From NCBI GenBank assembly GCA_963748625.1, contig CAVVJT010000007.1, positions 352,001 through 416,000 on the forward strand: 64,000 nucleotides of DNA. Direction: 5' to 3'. Positions 29,608-39,392 of the stretch are shown here, in pieces. The notes beneath the pieces were generated by a model that did not search any database, was not told the DNA's origin, and worked only from the letters and a program-made list of their open reading frames with translations. Each line of letters begins with the position of its first letter. Within the stretch, counting starts at the first letter, position 1. Origin of the DNA: an uncultured Chloroflexia bacterium (lineage in GTDB: Bacteria; Chloroflexota; Limnocylindria; Limnocylindrales; CSP1-4). A program made the position numbers and the translations under genes.

Positions 29608-29854
29608 AGAGCGGCTGGCGGCTGGTGGCCGGCGCGTCGGGGGTTCGGCGTCGGGGGTTCGGCGCACCACCGAGTGCTGGGGCCACTGCTGTCCACCGAT
29701 TTGGCCGGATCCCGCGCCAGGCAGCAGCCCGGAACATAGGTGGCGCGCGATACACCCCTCGGCGTGGATACGAGCGCTGTGGCTGCTGCCTGATGCGGCG
29801 TGGCGCCGTGGCGGGGGCGAGACCGCATCAGGGCCGCACCTCCGCATGGCGACG

Positions 29855-29884
29855 CCGGGGTCCCCTGCAACGGGGAGCCCCGGC
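29855..29884. terminator. GC hairpin just downstream of the CxxCH gene
   Basis: GCCGGGG-TCCCC-TGCAAC-GGGGA-G-CCCCGGC. Confidence 0.5.
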
Positions 29885-29901
29885 GTGCGAGTCGCAGCGA
29901 G

Positions 29902-31350
29902 CTAGTTGAGCGTCGCGATTGCGTCCAGGTCAACCCGGGGTCGGCCGAACGTTCCTTCGACCACGAGCTTGATGGTCCGCGGCGCGGCGTTCGTCCAGGC
30001 CGTCTGCCAGACGACCACGCGGTACCTGGTCGATGCGGACTTCAGGTTGTAGCGGCCCTGGAGGACGCCATTGACGTAGACCCTGACGTAACCGCGATTG
30101 CGAGCGGTCGTCGTCACTAGGGCAATGGACTTGGCGTTCGTCGTGGTGGTGGTGGCGGACGCCTTGGCTGCACTGGCGAACCTGACGCTGCGGGCGCTGA
30201 AGCGGCTGTCCCGCTGGCGCGTCCACTTGCCCTTGTAGACAACCGCGGAGCTGGCGTCCTGGGTGAGGCGCGGGGTGATGGCGGCCGTGGTGACCCAGTC
30301 ACCGATGTTGCCGGCCACATCCACGGCGCGGACCCGGAACAGGATCGAGCCCGAGGAGGACACGGTCATCCTAGTGGAACTCGCTGCGGTCGACGCGGTC
30401 ACGACGGCCCAGGTGGATCCCTCGTCCAGGGACTTCGAGAGTTCGAAGTGGGCGATGCCGGAGCCACCCGTGTCGCTTCCGCTCCAGCGGATCGTGACCG
30501 GGATCGCCGTGCCGAACAGGGCAGCACCGGAACGGATCGCGACCGTCGGCACGGTGGCCACCGGCTTGGTGGTATCCGTCGGATCAGGCGTCGGGGTCGG
30601 GGTCGGGCTGGGGGTCGGGCTGAGCGAGGGGCTCGGCGTCGGCGGGACCGGGGTGGGCGTCGGCGGGACCGGGGTGGGCGTCGGCGGGACCGGGGTGGGC
30701 GTCGGCGGGACCGGGGTGGGCGTCGGCGGGACCGGGGTGGGCGTCGGCGGGACCGGGGTGGGCGTCGGCGGGACCGGGGTGGGCGTCGGCGGGACCGGGG
30801 TGGGCGTCGGCGGGACCGGGGTGGGCGTCGGCGGGACCGGGGTGGGCGTCGGCGGGACCGGGGTGGGCGTCGGCGGGACCGGGGTGGGCGTCGGCGCAGC
30901 GGCCGGATCGATCAGGCCGATGTTGGACGGCGGCAGGTTTCCCGTCGAGACGAGCGACCCGTCGCCCACGTCGTACAACGTGTTGTTGGGACCATCCCGC
31001 CATCCCGGCTGGGCGTTGGCGGCGATCTCCTGGGCGTTCGTCAGGCCACCGGAATCGCCATCACTGTTGGCGCCACCGATCGCCAGGATCTGTGCAGCCG
31101 AGGTGCCGCCGTCCTGAATCGCCTTGCCGTACGCGTTGAGCAGACTCGTGTCGTCATCGGGCCCGTGGCACAGCGTGCAACTGGCATTGTCGTCCGAGAG
31201 GGACGTCGGATAGTCCGAGCGCCAGCTCGTGAGGAAGCCGCTCCTGCCGATGGCGCCGACCGGCAGGGCCATCACGACGACGAGCGCCGCCACCAGGAGC
31301 GTCGTGAGGCGGATGCCTCGGACCGCCCGAGCACGTGCGGTGTTGCGCAT
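29902..31350 (-). CDS. Secreted mono-heme c-type (CxxCH) protein with Pro/Thr stalk and C-terminal beta module
   Basis: AGGAG RBS (alternative start at 31419); signal peptide; [27 protein letters not shown]...PG; (PTPTPVP)12. Confidence 0.75.
   Translation of the reverse strand: MRNTARARAVRGIRLTTLLVAALVVVMALPVGAIGRSGFLTSWRSDYPTSLSDDNASCTLCHGPDDDTSLLNAYGKAIQDGGTSAAQILAIGGANSDGDSGGLTNAQEIAANAQPGWRDGPNNTLYDVGDGSLVSTGNLPPSNIGLIDPAAAPTPTPVPPTPTPVPPTPTPVPPTPTPVPPTPTPVPPTPTPVPPTPTPVPPTPTPVPPTPTPVPPTPTPVPPTPTPVPPTPTPVPPTPSPSLSPTPSPTPTPTPDPTDTTKPVATVPTVAIRSGAALFGTAIPVTIRWSGSDTGGSGIAHFELSKSLDEGSTWAVVTASTAASSTRMTVSSSGSILFRVRAVDVAGNIGDWVTTAAITPRLTQDASSAVVYKGKWTRQRDSRFSARSVRFASAAKASATTTTTNAKSIALVTTTARNRGYVRVYVNGVLQGRYNLKSASTRYRVVVWQTAWTNAAPRTIKLVVEGTFGRPRVDLDAIATLN
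30635..30896. repeat. Perfect 21-bp coding VNTR, 12 copies plus partial (GGCGTCGGCGGGACCGGGGTG)
   Basis: Counted directly; encodes PTPTPVP on the minus strand. Confidence 0.95.
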
Positions 31351-31659
31351 CTGCGAACTCCCTGTGGGCGTTGCAGGTGCTGGTGATGTGGGCGGCTGCG
31401 GGCGGGTATTGCCTGTCATACGCCGTTCCTCCGTGAGACCCAGGCGGGACGATCCCCCGGGTCGCGCCGCGGCGCTTCGTGGCGCCGCGATCTCACGAGT
31501 TTCGGCAAGCCGCACGGATCGGCCTATGGAGAGGGCGGCACAGTTCCGGCCCCGATGCCCGCAGCTTTGTACCGGTGTTTTTGTACCGGATGGGCGAAAC
31601 CCAGCCGATCGTCCTGTGCCGTCCGGTCCTCTTCCCGTCTCCTGTGATCGCTCGGGCCG

Positions 31660-32838
31660 TCAGGACGGGAGCGTGATCCCCGCGTCGGAGGCCAGGGCCG
31701 CGGCGCGGTCGGTGCGCTCCCACGGCAGGTCGAGATCCGGGCGGCCGAAGTGGCCGTACGCCGCGGTCTGCCGGTAGATCGGCCGGAGCAGGTCCAGGTC
31801 ACGGATGATGGCCGCGGGCCGCAGATCGAAGTGCCGCTCGACCAGCTCCAGGATCCGCTCGTCGGACACCTTGCCCGTGCCGAAGCTGTCCACGGAGAGC
31901 GACAGCGGCCGGGCGATGCCGATGCCGTACGCCACCTCCACCTCGAAGCGGTCCGCGAGACCGGCCGCCACCACGTTCTTCGCCACCCAGCGCGCGGCGT
32001 AGGCGGCCGATCGATCCACCTTCGTCGGATCCTTGCCCGAGAAGGCGCCCCCGCCGTGCCGGGCCATGCCGCCGTAGGTGTCCACGATGATCTTGCGGCC
32101 GGTCAGGCCGGCGTCGCCCATCGGCCCACCGGTGACGAACCGGCCGGTCGGGTTGACGTGCATGATCGGGTCCTGGGGGCGCAGGTGCTCCGGGATCACG
32201 GGAAGGATGACCTGGCCGATGACGTCGTTGCGGATCGTGTCCGCGGTGGCGTCCTCGTCGTGCTGCGTGGACACCACGACCGTGCGCACGCGGACCGGGC
32301 GCCCGTGGTCGTACTCCACGGTGACCTGGGTCTTGCCGTCCGGCCGCAGGTACGGGAGCTCCCCGCTCTTGCGGACCTCGGCCAGGCGCCGCGCCATCGC
32401 GTGGGCCAGCGAGATCGGGAGCGGCATCAACTCCGGCGTCTCGCGGCAGGCGAAGCCGAACATCATCCCCTGGTCACCGGCGCCCGTGTCATCGGAGCGG
32501 TCCACGCCCTGGGCGATGTCGGGACTCTGCTCCTTGACGCTCACCATCGTGCCGCAGGTCTGGTAGTCGAACCCGTAGTCGGCGCGGGTGTAGCCGATGT
32601 CCTTGACGGTCTCGCGGACCACGTCCTGGAACTCGACGTACGTGTCGGTCGTGATCTCGCCGAAGACGAGCACAAGCCCGGTGGTGGTCGCCGTCTCGCA
32701 GGCGACGCGCGCCCGCGTGTCCTTGGCGAGGATGTGGTCGAGGATCGCGTCCGAGATCTGGTCGCACATCTTGTCCGGATGACCTTCGGTCACGGACTCC
32801 GATGTGAACAGGTACTCACTGGCGTCGAGGATGCTCAT
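31660..32838 (-). CDS. metK: S-adenosylmethionine synthetase
   Basis: [49 protein letters not shown]. Confidence 0.97.
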   Translation of the reverse strand: MSILDASEYLFTSESVTEGHPDKMCDQISDAILDHILAKDTRARVACETATTTGLVLVFGEITTDTYVEFQDVVRETVKDIGYTRADYGFDYQTCGTMVSVKEQSPDIAQGVDRSDDTGAGDQGMMFGFACRETPELMPLPISLAHAMARRLAEVRKSGELPYLRPDGKTQVTVEYDHGRPVRVRTVVVSTQHDEDATADTIRNDVIGQVILPVIPEHLRPQDPIMHVNPTGRFVTGGPMGDAGLTGRKIIVDTYGGMARHGGGAFSGKDPTKVDRSAAYAARWVAKNVVAAGLADRFEVEVAYGIGIARPLSLSVDSFGTGKVSDERILELVERHFDLRPAAIIRDLDLLRPIYRQTAAYGHFGRPDLDLPWERTDRAAALASDAGITLPS

Positions 32839-32897
32839 GGATCTCCACGCTTGGGCTGGAACGAGTGCCGGCCGAGGGTATCACTCGCCTATGGAGA

Positions 32898-34889
32898 TCA
32901 CCGCAGGCCGGGTACCTCGAGCGGCGGCAGCACATCCGCCGGCGCGAACCCGAAGACCTGGCCGAGGAACGCCAGCTCCGCCGCGTACACCGCCCGCTTG
33001 GTCTCCGCCTTGCGGAACCCGTGCCCCTCGCCCTCGAACGTCATCGCCACGTGCGGCAGCCCGCGCCGGGTGAACGCCTCCACCATCGCGTCGAGCTGGG
33101 AAGGCGGCACGACCCTGTCATCGAGGCCTTGCAGGATCAGCAGCGGGGCGCGCACGCGGTCCAGGTAGTGGATGGGCGAGCGCTCACGGAAGACCTTGCG
33201 GCCCTCCTCGGTCCACGGGGCGAGGAGTCCCTCGTCGTAGCGGGCCTCGAACTTGTGGCCGTCGATGTGGATCAACTCGAGATCCGCGATCCCGTACAGG
33301 CTGATGCCCGCGGCAAAGACCTCGGGCTGGAACGTGAGGGCTGCCAGCGTCGTGTAGCCACCGGCCGAGCCGCCCTTGATCGCCATCCGGGCCGGATCCA
33401 CGTCACCCCGCTCCACGAGGAAGCGAGCGGCCGCGACGCAGTCGTCCACGTCGTAGACGCCCCACTTGCCGCGCAACGCGTCCCTGTACGGCCGCCCATA
33501 GCCGGACGAGCCGCGGTAGTCGACGTCCACGACGGCGATGCCACGCGACGTGAAGAACGCCCGGTCCAGGGAGAGCGCGGAGGAGGCGCCACCCGTCGGG
33601 CCGCCGTGCGAGAGCACCACCAGCGGCGGCCGCTCTTCCGCCGGTCCAGCAAACCCGGGGTTCGACGGCGCGAAGTAGAGCGCGCGGGCCGTGGCGCCAT
33701 CGGTCGTCGGGAAGCTGATCGCCTCGGGCTCGGGCAGGTACGCCGCGTCCGGGTGGACCCGCAGCGAGCGGGCGAGGACCCCCTTGGGCTCGCCGGTGGC
33801 GAGGTCCAGGCGCACGAGCACGCTGCCGTCGCGAGGGCCGGCGGCGACAGCCACGGCCTGGGTGCCGGTCACCCGAAGACCCTCGACCTCGGTGTAGACC
33901 GTGTCGATCCGCGTGACGACGCCATCGGGCGCGATCCGGATCAGGCCGTCATTGCCGTCCGCGCGCGCCACCGCGAGCACGGACCCATCGGGCAGGAACC
34001 CGTACGAGCTCCGGCCGAAGACCCAGGCGGGATCGCCAAGCTCGGCCTCCATCGGGGCCAGGTTGCGGGCCGCACCGTCGAGCCCGCCAGGCCCGTCGAA
34101 GGCGTAGAGGTTCCACCAGCCGGTCTCGTCGGAGACGAAGTGCAGGACACCGTCCGGACGCCACGACGCCTGGACGATGGACACTCCCGGGCCACCGGCA
34201 AGCGTCCGGGCATCGCCCAGGCCGCCATCGGCGAGCACCGGTGCCACGCGCAGCCGGACGCTGTCCCACGGCATCTCGGGGTGGTCCCACTCGAGCCACG
34301 CGAGCGTGCGCCCGTCGGGCGAGGGTCGCGCCCCCGCCACGAAATCCACGCCCGAGACCAGGACCTGGCCGTTGCCGTCCGATCCGTCGAGCGCAAGGGC
34401 GACGATCTCGTTCTCCACGAGCAACGGATCGTTCGGGCGCTGCACGTCGTGGGTCTCGCGGACCGCGTAGATCCGCTCGGCCGACGGGTCGAACCAGATG
34501 TCGGCGTAGCGCCACGGCCCCTCGGGGGTCAGCGGGTCGGCGTCGCGCAGGCCGTCGGGGTCGATCCGGTAGAGCCGGTCGTCCCGGCCCGATGCGATGA
34601 CCCGGCCGGCGTCGACGGCATACGAGCCTCCGCCGTACTCGTGCACGCGGTTGCGCACGGCGAAGGGGTTGGGGGTGAGCTCGTGGGTCGCCCCGTCGAG
34701 CGTGTGCCGCAGGAGGGTCCGGCGGCCACCCTCGGCCGCCCGACTCTCCATCCAGTACACGTCGTCCCCGTCAGGCCACGGCTCGCTGAGCGCGATGGTG
34801 GTCCCGACGAGCAGGTCGATATCGAGCGGCGATGCCCACGAGCCGTAGGCAGCCGTGACGGGCCCCCCGGCGGTCCTGTCCGGCGTCAC
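32898..34889 (-). CDS. S9 prolyl oligopeptidase-family peptidase
   Basis: HGGPT, GGSAGG (nucleophile Ser), QGLDDRVV (Asp), EGHGF (His). Confidence 0.92.
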   Translation of the reverse strand: MTPDRTAGGPVTAAYGSWASPLDIDLLVGTTIALSEPWPDGDDVYWMESRAAEGGRRTLLRHTLDGATHELTPNPFAVRNRVHEYGGGSYAVDAGRVIASGRDDRLYRIDPDGLRDADPLTPEGPWRYADIWFDPSAERIYAVRETHDVQRPNDPLLVENEIVALALDGSDGNGQVLVSGVDFVAGARPSPDGRTLAWLEWDHPEMPWDSVRLRVAPVLADGGLGDARTLAGGPGVSIVQASWRPDGVLHFVSDETGWWNLYAFDGPGGLDGAARNLAPMEAELGDPAWVFGRSSYGFLPDGSVLAVARADGNDGLIRIAPDGVVTRIDTVYTEVEGLRVTGTQAVAVAAGPRDGSVLVRLDLATGEPKGVLARSLRVHPDAAYLPEPEAISFPTTDGATARALYFAPSNPGFAGPAEERPPLVVLSHGGPTGGASSALSLDRAFFTSRGIAVVDVDYRGSSGYGRPYRDALRGKWGVYDVDDCVAAARFLVERGDVDPARMAIKGGSAGGYTTLAALTFQPEVFAAGISLYGIADLELIHIDGHKFEARYDEGLLAPWTEEGRKVFRERSPIHYLDRVRAPLLILQGLDDRVVPPSQLDAMVEAFTRRGLPHVAMTFEGEGHGFRKAETKRAVYAAELAFLGQVFGFAPADVLPPLEVPGLR

Positions 34890-34892
34890 GAT

Positions 34893-36170
34893 CTAGGTGC
34901 CGTGCTGCCAGCTGGACACGTACTCCAGCTGTTCGGGGGTCATCGCGTCGAGCGTGATGCCCATGGCGGCCAGCTTGAGCGCCGCGACCTCCTGGTCGAT
35001 GGCCTCGGGGACCACGTACACGTCAGGCACGAGCTCGGCGTGGTGCTTGGCCACGTACTCCGCGGCCAGCGCCTGGTTCGCGAAGCTCATGTCCATGACC
35101 GCGGCCGGGTGGCCCTCGGCGGCGCCCAGGTTCACCAGGCGGCCCTCGGCGATGAGGTTGATCCGCTTGCCGCCGATCTCGAACTCCTGGACGTTGGGGC
35201 GCACGTCACGGATGTGGCCCTCGGCCATCGCGCGCAGGGCCGGCAGGTCCAGCTCGGCGTCGAAATGGCCGGAGTTGGCCATGACCGCGCCGTCCTTCAT
35301 CTGCTCGAAGTGCTCGCGGCGGAAGACGTTCACGTTGCCCGTGGCAGTGACGAAGATGTCGCCCCAGCCCGCGGCCTCGCCGACGGTCTTGACCTGGTAG
35401 CCGTCCATGAGCGCCTCGATGGCGCGGACGGGGTTGACCTCGACCACCGCGACGTGGGCGCCGTGGCCCTGCATGCGCATCGCGATGCCCTTGCCCACCC
35501 AGCCGTAGCCGGCGACGACGACATTGCGCCCCGCGATCAGCAGGTTGGTCGCGCGCAGGATGCCGTCGATGGTGGACTGGCCGGTGCCGTAGCGGTTGTC
35601 GAAGAGGTGCTTGGTCTCGGCCTCGTTGACGGCGACCACCGGGAAGGTCAGGGCGCCGTCCTTGGCCATCGCACGCAGGCGGATGACGCCGGTGGTGGTC
35701 TCCTCGGTGCCGCCGAGGATCTCGGGCAGCTGGTCGCGGCGCTCGGTGTGGAGCATCGTGACCAGGTCGCAGCCGTCGTCCTGGGTGATCTGCGGGTGCG
35801 TGTCCGCGACCGTGCGCAGGTGCTTGTAGTACGTCTCGTTGTCCTCGCCGCGGCGGGCGTAGGTGGAGATGCCGTATTCCGCGACCAGCGCGGCGGCGGT
35901 CCAGTCCTGCGTGGAGAGCGGGTTCGACGCAGCCAGATGGACCTCGGCGCCACCGGCCTTGAGGGTCCGCATCAGGTTCGCGGTCTCGGTGGTGACGTGC
36001 AGGCAGCAGCCGATCCGGATACCGGCGAGCGGCTGCTCGCGCTCGAAGCGCTCGCGGATCTGGCGCAGGACGGGCATCTCGCGCTCCGCCCATTCGATCC
36101 GCCGGACGCCCTCCTCGGCCATGCCGAGGTCGGTGACGTCGTGGGGGACCAGGGCCCCGGTGTCGGTCAT
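34893..36170 (-). CDS. ahcY: Adenosylhomocysteinase
   Basis: [58 protein letters not shown]. Confidence 0.97.
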   Translation of the reverse strand: MTDTGALVPHDVTDLGMAEEGVRRIEWAEREMPVLRQIRERFEREQPLAGIRIGCCLHVTTETANLMRTLKAGGAEVHLAASNPLSTQDWTAAALVAEYGISTYARRGEDNETYYKHLRTVADTHPQITQDDGCDLVTMLHTERRDQLPEILGGTEETTTGVIRLRAMAKDGALTFPVVAVNEAETKHLFDNRYGTGQSTIDGILRATNLLIAGRNVVVAGYGWVGKGIAMRMQGHGAHVAVVEVNPVRAIEALMDGYQVKTVGEAAGWGDIFVTATGNVNVFRREHFEQMKDGAVMANSGHFDAELDLPALRAMAEGHIRDVRPNVQEFEIGGKRINLIAEGRLVNLGAAEGHPAAVMDMSFANQALAAEYVAKHHAELVPDVYVVPEAIDQEVAALKLAAMGITLDAMTPEQLEYVSSWQHGT

Positions 36171-37129
36171 GGAGTCTCCTCAACGGTGCCGTCCGCCTCT
36201 GGCGGTGCCGGCTGGGTGGGCGGTTGCAGCGGATGCGCCTGGGCGAAGGTGCGGGGAGCCACGGGTGCGGGCTCCGAGCGCCGGCTCGCGAACAGGCGCC
36301 GGAAGGTTGCGGTGAGGTCAGGCCAGGCCGGCGTGCTGCGCCGGACGAGCCGCTCCTCGAAGCGGCAGTGCTCCTGGTAGCCGAGGCGCCGGTAGGCCGC
36401 GATCGCAGGCGGGTTGTCGGCGCGCACGTTGAGCACGACCTGATCACAGTACCGGAGGAGCTCGTTGGTGACGGCGCTCGTCACGGCCTTCGCATAGCCG
36501 CGACCCCGGTGCTCGGCGTGGGTGAGCACGTTGCCCACCACCGCAAGCCCGGCCTGCCGGGAGATGACATGGGTCCCCGCTGCGGCGACGAGACGGCCGT
36601 TGACGCGGATGCCGAAGTAGACGCCCTCGGCGACGGCGCCCGACGGGATCCACGCCGCGAAACCAAGGCCGTAGAGGCGGTTGAGCTCGCCGACCTCCAC
36701 GGGGAGCAGTCGCTCCACGGGGGACGTGAGCGGCGCGAAGGTGGTCCGGTCGACCCACATGCGGACCATCTGCGGGCCGGGGTCGATGCGGTAATGCTGG
36801 CCGACGGCCGGCAGCGTGGCCTCCAACGACGCGACGTAGGCGATGCGGGGCCGGATGACATCGCGCAGGATCGCGGCGATCCCATCGTCACGGCCCATGA
36901 CGAACATGGGCTGCGGGGTGAGGCCGCCGTACTCGAGGCCCACCGCGACCACCTGGCCACCTTCGACCGCGATCCCCCACCGGGTCCGGCTGAACTCGCG
37001 ATCCTCGAGATCGCAGATGGCGTACGCCGCGAAGAGGCGGTCGTGCTCGAGGAAGTCGCGCAGCAGGTGGCGGTCGGTCGTGGTGCGGACGGACGGCGCG
37101 GTTCGCCGGTCGACGGCCATGGTGGCCAT
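36167..37129 (-). CDS. GNAT (FR47-like) acetyltransferase
   Basis: [16 protein letters not shown] and [11 protein letters not shown] motifs; coupled to both neighbours. Confidence 0.85.
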   Translation of the reverse strand: MATMAVDRRTAPSVRTTTDRHLLRDFLEHDRLFAAYAICDLEDREFSRTRWGIAVEGGQVVAVGLEYGGLTPQPMFVMGRDDGIAAILRDVIRPRIAYVASLEATLPAVGQHYRIDPGPQMVRMWVDRTTFAPLTSPVERLLPVEVGELNRLYGLGFAAWIPSGAVAEGVYFGIRVNGRLVAAAGTHVISRQAGLAVVGNVLTHAEHRGRGYAKAVTSAVTNELLRYCDQVVLNVRADNPPAIAAYRRLGYQEHCRFEERLVRRSTPAWPDLTATFRRLFASRRSEPAPVAPRTFAQAHPLQPPTQPAPPEADGTVEETP

Positions 37130-38745
37130 CAGGCTCCGTGCTCCGCGACCGCCGGGTCGGGTCGCGGCCTCGAGGCATCGATGGGGGTTCGTGCGGGTGC
37201 GCTGGCCTCGCCGGCCTCGGCCTCACCGCCGGTCCCGGCCCCGGCCCCATCGCCACCGGATGCAGCCGCCACCCGCCGCGCGACGAGCGCAGCGAACCCT
37301 CGGGCCTCCGAGCGGCGGGCTTCCGCGGTCACCAGGGCCTCGGCGAGCGCCGGTCCGTACGGCGCCCGCAGCACCCCGGTCTCGGTCACGATCGCCGCGA
37401 CCAGCGCCGCCGGCACCAGGTCCTGCGTCGGGTTGCGGGCCTGGGCGCCCTCGAGCGCCGTCCGCTGGCCCGCGAACCGCAGCACCGCGGCCGGACGGCC
37501 CTCCTCGAGCGGCGCGTCGTCGCCCTCCTCGATGGCCGCGTCGATCGCCGTGGTGGGGGCGAACACCAGGAACGGGATGCCGGCGGCCTGCGCGGCGAGC
37601 GCGAGCGGGTACGCCCCCACCGTGGTGATCACATCGCCCTGCGCCGTGATCCGGTCCGCACCCGCGAGCACGGCCTGGACCTCACCGGCGGCGACGCACC
37701 CGGGGGCGGCGGCGTCGGTGACGATGGCGTGCGGGACGCCCGCCTGCTTGAGCTCCCACGCGGCAACCCGGCTGCCCTCCAGGCCCGGACGACCCTCCGG
37801 GACGAGCGCGTGGATCGGGCGGCCCTGGTGGTGCGCGGTCGTGACCACGGACAGCGCCGCGCCGAAGACGCCGCCGCCCATCGCGCCGGTGCTGCCGGCG
37901 ACCATGACGTGGACCCGGTCCCCGGCCGCGGGAGGCGCGCCTGCGGACGCCGCTGGCGCGCCGATGGGCGCCTCGGGCGCGCCGACGGGTGCATCGCCCA
38001 CGCCAACGGGCGCATCGCCCACGGCAGCCAGCTCACCGCGCGCAGGGTCGGCCGGCTCCTCGCCTGCCCCCGGCAGCACCGCCAATCCGTGGGTCACCAC
38101 CATCCCGTGGTCGTCGGTGGCCTCCTCGACGATCGCCTCGGCCTCCGCCTTGAGCGCCTGGGCCAGCACGGCGGCCTCCGCGTCCACGCCCAGCTCCTCG
38201 ACCAGCGCCAGCATCCGGTCCAGCGCCAGCACCATCGGCGCCGATCCCTGGCGGGCCTGGCGGAACGCGTTCGCCGCGCCGCGCAGCGTGGCCCGCCGGG
38301 CAAACCCGCGCGAGGACGTGGACCTGGCGGCGATCAGCGCGAGCGTTGCCGCCGCGACCTGGGCCTGCACCTGGGCGCCCACGAGCGCCCCGTCGTTGAT
38401 CGCCGTGACCGCGTCCGCGGCGCTGCGCACCTGGAGGTCGGCCAGGACGTCTGGCAGGCGGCGCTGGTCCACGAGGTGGATCACATCCGCGTCCCAGCGG
38501 AAGGGCGCCCGATAGCCGGCGTTGACGGCGCTCGTCTCGCTCGCGATCGCGGGCGGGCCACCCGCCGCACCGGGCGAGCCCGCGAGCGCATCCGGGTCCA
38601 GCAGGCCCTTCGCGGCCTCCATCGACTCCGCCTGGAGCAGCTGGGCCGCGCCGAACATCGACCCCATGGACGTCACTACATCTCCGGCGAGCTGCCGGAT
38701 GAAGGTTCGCCGGGTGGGATCGACGGGCGGGGGTTTCTCGGTCAC
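37129..38745 (-). CDS. MtnA/eIF-2B-alpha family protein, degenerate active site
   Basis: LVDQRRLP, EGRPGLEGSRVAAWEL, GADRI..GD, NPTQDLVP..LV.AIVTETG; lacks the HCNAG and NKIG motifs. Confidence 0.8.
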   Translation of the reverse strand: MTEKPPPVDPTRRTFIRQLAGDVVTSMGSMFGAAQLLQAESMEAAKGLLDPDALAGSPGAAGGPPAIASETSAVNAGYRAPFRWDADVIHLVDQRRLPDVLADLQVRSAADAVTAINDGALVGAQVQAQVAAATLALIAARSTSSRGFARRATLRGAANAFRQARQGSAPMVLALDRMLALVEELGVDAEAAVLAQALKAEAEAIVEEATDDHGMVVTHGLAVLPGAGEEPADPARGELAAVGDAPVGVGDAPVGAPEAPIGAPAASAGAPPAAGDRVHVMVAGSTGAMGGGVFGAALSVVTTAHHQGRPIHALVPEGRPGLEGSRVAAWELKQAGVPHAIVTDAAAPGCVAAGEVQAVLAGADRITAQGDVITTVGAYPLALAAQAAGIPFLVFAPTTAIDAAIEEGDDAPLEEGRPAAVLRFAGQRTALEGAQARNPTQDLVPAALVAAIVTETGVLRAPYGPALAEALVTAEARRSEARGFAALVARRVAAASGGDGAGAGTGGEAEAGEASAPARTPIDASRPRPDPAVAEHGA

Positions 38746-38800
38746 GGGACGGTAGCGGGACGCGGTGGGCGCGGTGGGCGCGGGGTGGCCTGGGCCACGC

Positions 38801-39322
38801 TCAGTAGGTGACGACGCTCGTGACCTTGCGTCCCTCGAGGCGCTCCCGACCCTTGAGGAAGTCGAGCTCCACGAGGAATGCCAGGCCGACCACGACGCCC
38901 TTCAGTCGCTCGACCAGCTCGATCGTGCCGCGGACCGTGCCCCCGGTGGCGAGCAGGTCGTCCACGATCAGCACCCGCTGGCCGGGCTGGATCGCGTCGC
39001 GGTGGATCTCTAGCGTGTTGGACCCGTACTCCAGCGCGTACTCCACGGTCAGCGTCTCGGCCGGGAGCTTGCCCAGCTTGCGCACCGGCACCAGGCCCGT
39101 GTCGAGCTGGTACGCCATCGGCGCGGAGAAGATGAAGCCCCGGGATTCCATGCCCACGACCAGGTCGATCTGCTCGTCCTTGTAGGGCTCGAGCATGAGA
39201 TCGATCGCCTCCTTGTAGGCCGCGGGTTCCTTCAGGAGCGTGGTGATGTCGTAGAACAGGATGCCGGGCTTCGGGAAGTCGGGGATCTCGCGGATCTTCG
39301 CGCGAAGCGTCTCGGCCGACAT
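38801..39322 (-). CDS. apt: Adenine phosphoribosyltransferase
   Basis: IPDFPKPGILFYDI, ESRGF, RKLGKLP, LEYG, VDDLLATGGT. Confidence 0.97.
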   Translation of the reverse strand: MSAETLRAKIREIPDFPKPGILFYDITTLLKEPAAYKEAIDLMLEPYKDEQIDLVVGMESRGFIFSAPMAYQLDTGLVPVRKLGKLPAETLTVEYALEYGSNTLEIHRDAIQPGQRVLIVDDLLATGGTVRGTIELVERLKGVVVGLAFLVELDFLKGRERLEGRKVTSVVTY

Positions 39323-39392
39323 GGTTCTCAGGAACCCTCCGTGGTGCCGCGCCCGCTCGTGCGGCGCGGGGGTGTGCGGGGACACCGGGCCG

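Noticed and set aside
31480-31620. c-di-GMP-I riboswitch-like fragments (CAAAGC...TTGCCGAA) upstream of the CxxCH gene
   Set aside because: No GGCAAA-P2-GAAA arrangement could be built; only scattered words match.
32839-32897. SAM or SAH riboswitch upstream of metK or ahcY
   Set aside because: The metK gap is only about 60 nt and ahcY overlaps its upstream gene; no SAM-I core or SAH motif seen.
38690-38745. Tat export signal on the MtnA-like protein (TRRTFI)
   Set aside because: No convincing hydrophobic h-region follows; not called as exported.
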